Below are positions 13,801 through 25,499 of a stretch of DNA of 63,679 nucleotides, in pieces. Source of the stretch: Octopus bimaculoides (lineage: Eukaryota); NCBI RefSeq assembly GCF_001194135.2, contig NC_068996.1:22477683-22541361 (forward strand). The letters run 5' to 3'. The notes under the pieces were generated by a model. It ran no database searches, had not been told where the DNA came from, and saw nothing but the letters and a program-made list of their open reading frames with translations. The position numbers and the translations under genes were made by a program. Positions within the stretch are counted from its first letter, which is position 1. The number at the start of each line of letters is the position of its first letter.

Positions 13801-14829
13801 ACATGTAAAGTGAATTGATGCTGTTGAGTTGCTCATGACTAGATTCAACTTAATTATTCTATCATATACTGTATCTGAATTATTTTATGTCTTTCTTTAT
13901 CAACAGTTTACAAATTCCATTCACCCAGAATTTATACCCATGTTCCTTGTCTGAGGAATCTGGCTGAAGTTCCTACATAATCTAACCTTTTGTTCACAAC
14001 ACACATTCTCTCATCTCTGTGCCAGCATCTTTACAATTTCCCTATACCTACCTTTCATTGTACCAACATTATTGGCAGCATTTGTGAAATGTTGTGCCTA
14101 TCAAAAAGAGGAAGGGTGAGTTTCATATTAGTGGAGGAGTCAAGTGGGTGGATTATTGTCTCACGTTTGTTTTTCTATATCTGAATGGAAGAGAATTTGT
14201 GCCTATGGAAATTTGCCAGTTGTTTAATCCATTTGGGATATTCCCATTACCTTGTATACTAAATTTTATAGTAGCAGAGTTAATGCATAGCAATTATCTT
14301 TTGTAGAAAGCAAGAATAAAAAGTTCCTTTAGAAGTTTTTGTACATACCTTCTGGTAAGATTTTCAAGAAAGGTGCTCTTGAAATTTGTGCTTTGAGTTT
14401 TCTAATAGACAGATAAGCAGAAAAAGGTGAAGTATAGTTTAGAATCTGGACTTAGTTTGGGTATATTTGTATGCAAATCATGAATTATGTTTCTTTGAAA
14501 TTATAATATAATCTCTTGCATATTACTTTTTGAATGAAGAATTTGACTGATAATAAATAACAGCAACTAGAATATGCAGCTGAGTTTAATTATCTGTATT
14601 TTTTAATACTGATAATACATTTTCAGTGGGGTGAGTAAAAGGTATATTGCACGATAATGGTTTATGAATACTGTTATATAATACAAGTGCAATCATAATG
14701 CAATATTCATTTTTGCTCAGTACTTACATAATGGATATAGAAAAGGATTAATATCAGAATGAATTATTATATTTTGTCCAAGAATTCCTATTTTAATCTT
14801 ATTTGTAATATCTTTTATCTACTATTTGT

Positions 14830-15125
14830 TTTAGTCATTAGATTATAGCCATGCTGGGGCACCATCTGGAAGAATTTTAATCAAGTTTATCGACCCCAGT
14901 ATTTATTATTTTTTGTAAAGCCTGGTACTTATTCTATTGATCTCTTGCTGAACCACTAACATATACGATGGGCTTCTTTCAGTTCCTGTCTACCAAATCC
15001 ACTCACAAGGCTTTGGTTAGCCTGAGGCTATAGAAGAAACTTACTCAAAGTGCCACACAGTGGGACTGAACCTGATTTCATGTGGTTGGGAAGCAAACTT
15101 TTTGGCACACAGCCATGCCTACACC
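14830..15125 (-). mobile_element. tRNA-headed SINE (family 1), antisense to the gene
   Basis: Reverse complement of the 63335-63679 sequence, from ggctgtgtg...ccacatg to tggggtcgat...gccccagcatggc. Confidence 0.78.
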
Positions 15126-16381
15126 TATATGTTTAAAAATTTTATCCCAATTTATATATATTTTTCTGAGATTTATTTAATTTGTGAATAGTAATGTAGT
15201 TTCTTTGTGAAACTGTTTAGTGCACTATAGTCATAGTACACAATATATAATACTAGTAAATTCAACATTATTAGCACATTAATATCTCTTCAGTTCTCTA
15301 TACTTTTTCATTACAAAATTTGAAAAATTGTCTCCTATTAAATCCATCAAATGTTGGATTTTTGCAAATTTAATTTTGTGAACAGTGACTTGATACCTGT
15401 CTAATCAGTTTAAACTTTGTAAGTTTGCAAGTTTTAATTTATATATTGCATTATAAGAAATAGTTTGCTTTTTAAACATAATTCAAATGAGGAGGGGTTG
15501 TAAATTGCCAGTATCATTCAATTATAGCAGATAAAAGAGAATTTTAAAAACTAACCAGGAAGAATTGCAAAAATGTTCAATTCTGACATATCACAATAAT
15601 GACGCTTGCTAAAAATTAGGTTGATTTTTAATATTAATTACTTGTCATAATGTACTATTCATATGAGAGAGAGACAGACAGATGTGCGATTGATTTTTTA
15701 AATTTTGTTTTATGTTAGTTAGAATTACATTCTTTAGCCTTATAGCTTTTTATTTACATTTGAGTAACACATTTTATGAACTTATAAACATGGAAAAACA
15801 TTGTAAAGACTTTTCGCAGAATAGAAAGAATAAGCTACTAATTTTTCAAGTTCATTATGAAGTAAGCTAATATCAATTTTTGCAATAAACTGAATTTTGA
15901 GATATAATTTTAAATGTATTAATTTATTAGGTTCTAGTTAGGTTTCTTTTTCTGGCTAAAGATAAATAACCATAAATAGATTAGAACTTGTTCAAAGAGA
16001 TAAAAAAAATTTCCTGTGTAATTGTTTCTTTATTTTGTATGTTGCATAGCATATAAAATCCTGACAATTGAAAATACTTTGTTAAATCAAAATACTCAAT
16101 ATTGTACTGTATCTTTTATAATAGCGTGATACAACAAAAGGACACTATTAAAAAGAGTATCAGAAATATTTAGTAAGTTTAGGTTATTAAATGGTATTGG
16201 TTGATTCAGCTAGATTAGGTCCTAAGAATAAACATTACAGGAACTCCAGAGAGAAAACTTCTCATTGTGTTAATATTTTTTATATCCAAATCTTCCTTAC
16301 ATTTTCTTTTTTCATTTAAAATATTTTGAAGATAATTTTTTAAAATTATCTAATTATTTTCATAATCATGTTTAAAAAAGA

Positions 16382-17187
16382 ACATAATTTATATTCGACG
16401 GATATTTGCCCTCACCTTGTTTGTTGTTAACACAACATTTCGGCTGATATACCCTCCAGCCTTCTTCAGGTGTCTTGTAGAAATTTCGAACCTGGGTCCT
16501 CATTCCTAAGGTAGTTTTCGATATTATTATTATTGTTATTGTCACTGCTTGGAATCGAACTCGAAATCTTGGGGTTAGTAGCCCATGCTCTTATACCCAT
16601 GGGGAATTATGGAGTGAATTTTAGGGCTTATAAATCTAATATTCTCCTATCCTTCCTTAATACCGGTTCCCATATGCTGTTCATATCTGCACTCGGTCTG
16701 CTTAGGAGGTTGTTGTGTCCTAGCATATGTGCTATTTCTTTCAGTTATCGTATTTTCCAGTGGTGTTCTATGTCTATTGTTTTAACTTCATCCCACTGGG
16801 GGAGGTATAAAAACTAAAAGAAGCTGCACATATGCTATGACACAACAACCTCCTAAGCAGACCAAGTGCAGATATGAGCAGCAAATAGGAACCGGTATTA
16901 AGGAACGATAGAAAAATATTAGATTTATAAGCCATAAAATTCACTCCGTAATTGCCCATGGGCATATGGCATAGTGGTTAAGAGTGCGGGCTACTAACCC
17001 TAAGATTCTGCGTTTGATTCCAAGCAGTGACTTTAACAATAATAATAATAACATGGAAAAATACCTTAGGAATGAGAACCCGGGTTTGAAATTTCCCCAA
17101 GACACCTGAAGAAGGTTGGACAGTATATCAGCTGAAATGTGTTAACAAACAAGATAAGGGCAAATACCTGTCGAATGTAAATCATGT
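16382..17187. mobile_element. Foldback of two head-to-head Penelope-like 3' ends (ORF C-terminus, tRNA-like unit, (AAT)n, hammerhead)
   Basis: Arms ~16382-16770 and ~16790-17187 are imperfect reverse complements. The left arm on - encodes IDIEHHWKIR*LKEIAHMLGHNNLLSRPSADMNSIWEPVL, resembling a GIY-YIG C-terminus; the right arm on + encodes the same peptide with stops. Confidence 0.75.
16429..16474 (-). ncRNA. Minimal type I hammerhead ribozyme motif (PLE-associated variant)
   Basis: Minus strand reads GACAC-CTGAAGA-A-GGCTG-gagggtatat-CAGCC-GAAA-tg-T-T-GTGTT: stem I GACAC/GTGTT, stem II GGCTG/CAGCC, one-pair stem III. Activity untested. Confidence 0.62.
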
Positions 17188-19219
17188 ACATAATTCCCCA
17201 TCTCTTAAATATAGAACTGTATTATCTTAAAAAAGAAGTTGATTGTATTTCTTTAATGAATTGATTTATACACAGTCTGCCATAAGGTTTTATATGATAA
17301 ACAATTCCTACAAAAACCTAAGTAGAAAGCTTATGTAAGTACTATAATTGTTATTAAATAATATCAAAATTTACTATTTTCAAATTATTCAGAATGTGTT
17401 TCTTTTTCTGCTGAAGAGCTTTGCAATCTTCTATGCAACAAGTTTGAAGATTTACGGCCTAAATCATTTATCAAGTTAACAAATTCACCAATGATTGTAG
17501 CTCATAATTCCTAGATGTTGGTAAGGTTGCATTGGTAGATGTTATTCTTGAGATATCTCCAAAAAAGAAAAGTCAGAATTTGTCAAGTAAATTCTTTGAG
17601 TCCATTCGCAAAAGTCCGTAGAATCCTGTCCATCAACCACTCAAAAACTTATTTAACCATGCTTTTGAATGTGAGTGATTTAGGACAAACAGGCCAGAAG
17701 TTAGCTGTTAGCACCTGGATATAAATTTCACAATCGTATGTACTGTCAGAAGAAAAAAGTTGTTACAACAAAATTGTGAATTGCAGCCCAAATAAACAAT
17801 CCACTACTAATCACACCATTCACCTTTCATTAAAGTAGTATTCTTTTGTAATGATCTTTGTCTTATTGGTTGCATAATTTAATTAATAGAAACATTTCAG
17901 ATGGATAAAGTCATCCATCTGCACAGCTGGTGACTGTTTTAAGTTGCAGATAACCAACATTTTCTCACAGAATTGAGTTCAAATGACTAAAATCACCTTC
18001 ATTTAGTATTTGAAGTGATGTTAGTTTTAACCCTTCAGAATGCTTGCAATGTTGTTTACCTGATATTCATTTAAAAAGAACCTTTTATTGCCTGGCTAAC
18101 TAAGCTGTCTTATGTGCTGACTGACACCAAGTAACTAGAATGAGGAGCTTCATTACTTGAAACTGTTCTCTCCCACTTAGTAAACAGTATATCAATTGTT
18201 CTCTAGGTTAGTAGAACACTTCTGAAATCCTTCCTTTGTTGTATTTGAAATTGAGTATTCAAGTAAATATTTTTGCTAAATAAGTTTACCCTTGTTTATA
18301 CCTTATTAGGTAGTTGAAAATCATCTCTCTCTCTCTCTCCCTCCCCACTGCAATGCAGTTACTATGTCCTATGAGGACACAGTCAAATCCATACATTGAA
18401 TGCAAATGTTCATGGTGCTTCTTCATTGTTAATTGTGGACATTTGTTTGACTACTTAAGTATCTCAGGCATAAGTAACATAACCTTTTTTTGAGAAGTAG
18501 GCTGCATGAGACATGGCTCATCATCAAATGGTTGTACTACCAAAAAGAATTCAAGGTAATTTTTTGTCAGGCATGCCATTCAGAAAGTCCAACAGGCTGC
18601 AGTGTGCCCATGACTGTCCTATCTTCTTGACTTTGTTACAGATACCTCCATAGAACAAATGAGGTGCACAATCTTTATATACTCAATTTTATGATGTCTG
18701 TTTAACACCATGTGTTGTAGCAATGAATTCCCAATCTTTTAATTTAGTAGCTGATAGTATATGCTTATGAATTTTAATAGCAAATCTTTTGCCCTCATTT
18801 GCTTCCTTGTTTACCTCATGAAATACCAGTACTTTGTAATTTAAGAACAAGCTATCATTGCTGTCAAACTAATTTTATTTATCCAAAAGTAAATGTTACT
18901 TTGTAGGCTTACTTCAGATGAAAGGAATTAAAATTTAAAATGGAAAAGGCATCTGAAGGGCAATGCAAACCCTGTGCACAGATAAATTTATAGTGTGGCT
19001 TACAATGCATTGTTTACCCATGCTTTTTAATTGAACTGATTTTTTTTTTTTTAAGTATCACCATTATAGGTATTTATTCTCCAGTCAAATTTAGAAATCA
19101 ACTTGTAAGTAAATGAAAGCCTTGAATCCATCACTGTACCTGCACACATGCATACACACACTCATACACACAGTCACCTATCTAAGTATGTATTTACGTA
19201 TGTTTGAAGATAATCAAAC

Positions 19220-19340
19220 CAAATTTTCGTCATTCTGAGCCACTCACCTAATGAGTATTTCTGCCAAATTTGGTGAAAATCCATTCAGCTGTTTTCCAGT
19301 AATTTTGCAAACACACAGACAAACAGACAAAGTATAGAAT
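19220..19340 (+). mobile_element. Possible Helentron/HINE-type non-autonomous fragment
   Basis: tgccaaatttggtgaaaatcc...gtttt...acagacaaacagac resembles the core-plus-microsatellite layout of DINE-1/HINE elements as I remember it. Confidence 0.35.
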
Positions 19341-21789
19341 CTGCATAGGCCCAAGCAATTCAAAGCATAAACGTCTGTTTTATTTTCAATATCCGAGAAT
19401 ATTTTGTTTTGAAGTTATTTTAATTTGTTTCAAGATTTTTTTTTATTTATACATGTGAATGTGTAGAGTTAAATGTCAGTCCTTAAAAAGTCTTTCAGTA
19501 ATTAGGAGATATTTATTTTTCCACATTGCTAAAAGTTGAGTCTTAAACCTTATCATACTTATTTTACACTGGTAGGTGGACTGACTCATTTAGTACTTTT
19601 ATCATGAATGTACAATGCCAGTGATTTGACACAAACAAGCAATACTTCAAATAATTGTGTGACACTTTATTACAACTCTCTCAGCAGAACTTGTCATGTC
19701 AAGCAGTGGAACATAAAATAGTTAAATAGGAATATAAGAATTTAATATATGTAATGGAAATGTTATATAATAGTTATGAATTGAGCAAAACAAATTTATG
19801 TGTGTGCAAGAGTTATTTCTCAAACATGAGCAGCAATACATTCAAACTATCTTGGATAAAGCAAATCAAAGTAGATTCTTTATATTTAATTTACTGGCTT
19901 TTCTGAATTAAAATCTGATCAGGGACTTGCAAAACAAATTTAAGATCTTTCTTGGCTTTATTCTACATGTGATTAAGTAATATACTGCTATAATGGCTAT
20001 TTGTAAAAATAAGAATTTTATAATGTTGACTGATATTATCAGTGGCTGAATTTTTCAAGATATCAGCTTTTCTTGTCTGTAGATTGTAAGTTTATAGTTT
20101 GTCATAGGAGGCATTTAATTTTGTTTCACATGATCAGGTCATGATAGCTTAACATTTTGACAAATGTCTCTAAAAAGATTAAGGAGAATCAGATAAGATT
20201 TTCATGAGCAGTATGTTTTCAACATTTGAACTGTTAAGTAATGATTTCTTTCATTTGCCCAAGATCAGAAATTTGTTGCAGGGGGAAATAGTGAATAGAA
20301 TTGACTTTAGTTTATAGCTGGTACTAATTTTCTTAAACAGTAAAGTTAACCCAAATGAAATTTGATATCAGAACACAGACAGAGGTGAGGCTAGACACAG
20401 TTTGGCACTCTGCTATGTCCCTACTACTGCCTGTAGATATAATAAATACTAAGTTCAATGTTTGTTTCAACCAGAAAATAGTGTTGTTCTCTACGTTGTT
20501 TCTATATTTTTATATTTTAGCTTTTCATTTTCTGTTTAGAAAGGCTTACATGAATAGCAGACAAATCTTTTCCTGAAATACCCCTGAGTGTGCCTTTTCT
20601 ATTGAAGTTTACATATACAAATAGTAATGAAATAATAATAATGAGGATTTCTTTATAACAACAACAATGGTGATTTCTTAATAGTAACGATAAGTAAAGC
20701 TAATTTGTTTTTTCTCTTGTCTTTAAAAAAGTTTCAAATTTCATAGTGAACTAAAGCTCTCTAGAATTATTCATAATCTTAAGACAAAAAGGAGAAACTT
20801 TTTCACAGTAAAATAGAAATATTAGTGACTGTTTAGAACTTTTTGAACATATGCCAAATATGAGAATGAGATTAGCTACTTTTTTCTTAAAATTTTTTTT
20901 TAAAAATTTAACATTTATAGAATCACATTATCTGTCAAGGTCCCATTAAAAATATGGTTCTTGATAAGATAAATACAAGTATGCAAAACATGATGCACTT
21001 TTCATATCAGTGTCATTATATATACACTACTTTGATTCAGCTTGTTAAAGCTTGAGATAGTTACAAAGTTGTGTTTCTTATCTGAAATGATCTAACAGAG
21101 TAGGCAAGTGGAATGGAGTTACATTGGAATGATAATTATTTGTTAAGGAACTCTAAGGATTGATAATGAAGAAATAGTGTGTGTGTTATTTTTGAAATTG
21201 TTTCATTTGCTAATATTGATGTTTACTATGGGCTTATCTGTAAAAGGAAATTTATTATGTTTGTTTATTTAATCCAGATAATAATGTGGATTATTCCTCC
21301 ACCACTTGTCTGCAAACACCTATCTTTCCATCACTCTTCTAATTACATCACTGCTCACTCAGATACTATAAATGATACCCATTTATCTTCATTAAACTTC
21401 ACATCATCTCCGTATTACTGCTCTTTATCAACCTCTATCATTAGCCATTCCTATTTCCTTCACTTCCCTTCTGAAACTGATATTCACCACTAATCATGTT
21501 TTCAGTTGTCTGTCCCATTCACTGTGTCCACTTCAACCTCCATCTCTAACTGCCTATCATACATTAATGAACTCACATATCCACCTACCTTTCTGATCCT
21601 CTAACCCTACACTCCCTTATATTCATCATGTACCTTGACGGTATGCCCCCACCACCTTTCTTTCTTGTTTTAGCTGCAAAACACCTGTTCCAGTCCCTCT
21701 GTCATACTTTAAGCTCTAAACACCTGACATAAAGCCACTTCCCTCAATACTACAACCCCACTCATCTTAGGGATCTTGTCTTGCGAGTT

Positions 21790-21990
21790 ACTTGATGACA
21801 TCACTTGTGCTAATGACATGAAAGAAGTACTAGTACATTGTGTAAAGTGGTTGGCATTAGGAAGAGCATCTGACCATAGAAACCATGCCAAAGTGGACAT
21901 GGGAGCTTGACACAGTCCTCTGGCTCATTGGTTCCTGTCAAAATGTCTAACCTATAGTGATATGGAAAATGATGTTAAACATTGATGAAG
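21790..21990 (+). repeat. RTE-type 3' tail repeat
   Basis: ggttggcattaggaagagcatc...gaaaccatgcc...atggaaaatgatgttaaac...gatgaag. Confidence 0.6.
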
Positions 21991-24848
21991 AATGGTGGGT
22001 TATGTCAACTCTAAATTAAGAAAACCATTTTGACTTTCGTATGCTTTGGAAACCTTTAGAATTAATTATATTATTTTAATTTACATAATTTTTGCATTGA
22101 ATAGTAACATGAGAATTTTAAAAAGGTTAAAATTGTTCATTTACATTTTGTTTTTAAAATAAGCATATTGAGAAAAATTTAAAGGAAGCAGTATTTGTTA
22201 AAAGATGGATTTTGGGGGCAGAGTAGTTAAAGTACTAGTATTATTCCTTAATTTAAACTTTGTTCCAGTATAATTTGTCTTAAGATGAGTCATCATTTGT
22301 ATAAATAAATATTCAGAATGATATAAACTATTAAGCAATATTCCATGAAATTAAAGGAAGGCATCAGATTAAAGTCTGATGCTTCACATTAACTGGTGTC
22401 ATGTAGTAGTTTGCATCTCAGTTCAATTCCAAGGTTGATATAGCTTTTCATCTTGATGGATGTTAATTAAACATTGGTAATGTACTAGTATAACAACTAA
22501 AATCAAAATTATGACTACTCTGTGGTATTTGTGGTTAAGTCTCTAAGTACTTAATTGGCTACCTCTGTATTACAAAATATATATTTCCCCAATGAAATGT
22601 TAATGCACTGTCATCTAAGCTGATTATTAATTTATATTGTGTTCATTCATTGTTTTGTAACAGAAAAAAACTATTGAATCATTCTATTTCTTAGTGCTTC
22701 ATTTTGTGACTGCTTATATAGTATCATCTATTATTCACTTATATATATTGCAGGTTTTTGCACCTGGTTACTATATAAATAGTTGTCACTTTACAGTGTA
22801 TGATTATATGCATTTTGTCTCAGCTGTATAGACAAGAAAATGCAAAATATGGAACTTCATCCAAATTATTATTTTAACTGTTGTTTTGCCAAAGATTATC
22901 TTCAGATTCACTTATGCCAATAATGTCTTGTTTTTTTCTAGCCTACTCGTGTGCGTGTGCGTGCATTTGTGTGAGAGAAAGTACAAGTGAGCTTACATTT
23001 TTGCCAGAACACAAAAACAGAGAAGGGTTGGGAGGGAGCAGCCAATAAACTTTATTCTAATATATAATAATTAATCAATCATATAACCTAACAAGTCATA
23101 AGTTAGTCATTATTCAAACTACGAAATATATATTAAAAACATATAGCCAGAAAGTCAAGATTCATGCTTACTTTCAAATTGAAGTATTTAGAAATAATAA
23201 ATGAAAATGAAAATTTTATACATATTTGAATTTATAAGTTTTGAGGTTTACTAGTTTGTTTAATTAAAAAGCATTTGTATAGTTTGTTGTATTTTCAATT
23301 AATCAATTTGTAATGTTCATTTGTCTGTTTAATTTGTTTATATTCTTTGTGAAAAGCTAATTTTACTATATATTTCAGAAGAGTTTAAATATAAAACTGT
23401 AATTTAGATAATTTCCATTTTGTAAAGGGTATCCAACCATAAGAAGTATGCGAAACTCTGTGCAGTTCTCTGGCTCACCAGCTCTTGCCCAACATGTGCC
23501 AGCATGGAAAATACGCATTAAATGATGAGGAGATAATTTAAATATATATAGATATAGATAGATATATAGATATATATCTGAAAGGGAAAGCTCATTTTAT
23601 TTTGATGAAAAGTTCACTTATTATTCTATCCAAGTAGGAACTAAAATAAAGTTGAGAACATATATGTACCAAATAAGTTGTCTCTGCTGCATTATTTCAA
23701 CATCAATGATGAAACATAGAAAGTATGTTAACCACTGTAGTTTTGGATAAATGCCATTGGATAATTTGTGAAGACCCTGAGCCAAGCTCTGTTAAATGCT
23801 TTTATTTTTTATTTTTTTTACATGTTAACTTATTCAGTGAAGGTGAACCACTACAATATGAATTGTTTTTGGGTCAGATTACAGATTAGTTCAGCAGCAT
23901 AGCTTATTTATGTATGCCTGCTATGGATGTGCTGCTTAAGAGATGAGTTTCTCAATGTAACATTTAATTTATTGAAAATATATCAAATAGCTATTGATTT
24001 TTTTTTTTTATCTATATATATGTATATGAGATTTGGGGAAAGCATTCATGCATTCTTACATCAGCATTTACAGATTTGAAGATTTATATTTATTTAATTT
24101 TTACTTTTATTACATTCATTTTCAAAAGCATATTTACCTAATGAGATAGATACTAACTACATGTTCATAGGTCATGAGTTGAAACCTTGATATAGGCATT
24201 GTTTTTAGTTTTTTGTTTCCTTCTAATTTAGTATTAATATTTGTTCACAATATAATGGTTGTCAAAGTAGGAGCATTTGGCTTTAAAATCGCTGCTTTCA
24301 AAGGTCATTTAATTATTTGCAAGTTGGTCCAGGTTGAGTGAAACATTTCTTAACCTGATTTGTAAGATATTTAATGCATAGCAAATAGCATGTTTAATGT
24401 CTGTTTTATACTGCAAGGTCAGCAATTTATGAAACCATGTTATACTATACCAATTATACTATATATATATGTGTCCTCTAATATGTTATAGCTTCTACTG
24501 TTGTACCAATTGTATCTTTGTAAAATGTGTTTTTTTATAACAAGCAAAAAAATTTGAATCAACTTTCTAAATGTTATTAACACCCTTCATTAGGGTTCTT
24601 GCAGACAAAAAAATTAGTGAAAGACATTTAAAGAGTTTTCCAAATCATGTGAGCCTGATAATGTCGATAAATAAATTTTTTTTTTTTTTTTTTTATAAAA
24701 TGAAATGAAAACAATCAGTGAAAATTATTTCAGTGTATTTTCTCTCCTTAGACACGAAATGAAAGAAGTGAAAAAATAAAAGCTTTTTTTTTTTTTAAAT
24801 ATACGTATTGAATCTTTTCAATAATTCTCTATTTTTATTATTTTGCAG

Positions 24849-24970
24849 TGTCCCAGACCACCTTGAGAAATATCATATGGCTATTCCTATATATCAGGGT
24901 ATATTATCTTTATTTGTTGTTGCAAATTTTGCCTTAGCAACATTTATGGACCCTGGAGTCTATCCCAAAG
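24849..24970 (+). CDS. ZDHHC8: ZDHHC5/8-type palmitoyltransferase, internal exon A (TM2 region, ...[16 protein letters not shown])
   Basis: Acceptor ttttgcag| at 24848 and donor |gtatgt at 24971; 122 nt. Encodes [40 protein letters not shown], matching the ZDHHC5/8 motif LFVLANFxxATFMDPG. Its final G joins exon B as g|ct (Ala). The symbol stands for the ZDHHC5/8 orthogroup; the two paralogs cannot be told apart here. Confidence 0.93.
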
Positions 24971-25499
24971 GTATGTTTTACAATTCCACCTATTCTGTCT
25001 TTTTGATACAAACCTATGATTTTAAATAGTAATTTGTTTATTATTATAAATAGTTGACATTAGCTTTAATCTTTAGACATCATTGTTTTCATGTGTATTA
25101 TTTTCATCCATTATGCATTAAAATTCATGCATAATAATTTCTTAACTTTAATGTTGCTGAATGCCAACCAGTTAAAAATAATTTTGCAGTCATGAAGCTT
25201 TATGATTATGTCTGAAGAACAATATATAACAACTTATGAAGTATCAATGGTAGAGCTGGATGTCTACTACATAATTTATACATCTGGAAGTAATGATACA
25301 ATACTGTTTTTTTTACAAAGTCACTCATCCTCACTCCACTTTTGTGTAGAGATAAAACCAATTTAATTAATCAAATTTTATAAATTATTTACGTATTGCA
25401 CATGAGAAATTAAAAGAACAAGATTAAAAATTCAATTATTGTTGTTGGCCTCCCTGCAAGGCACAAGATCATGACAGCTTCCTTCTACTCCTTCTTAGG

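Noticed and set aside
16960-17031. A bona fide tRNA gene (also the SINE heads at 40836, 48823, 63335)
   Set aside because: A/B boxes are present, but I could not fold a complete cloverleaf with an acceptor stem, and the units sit inside repeats.
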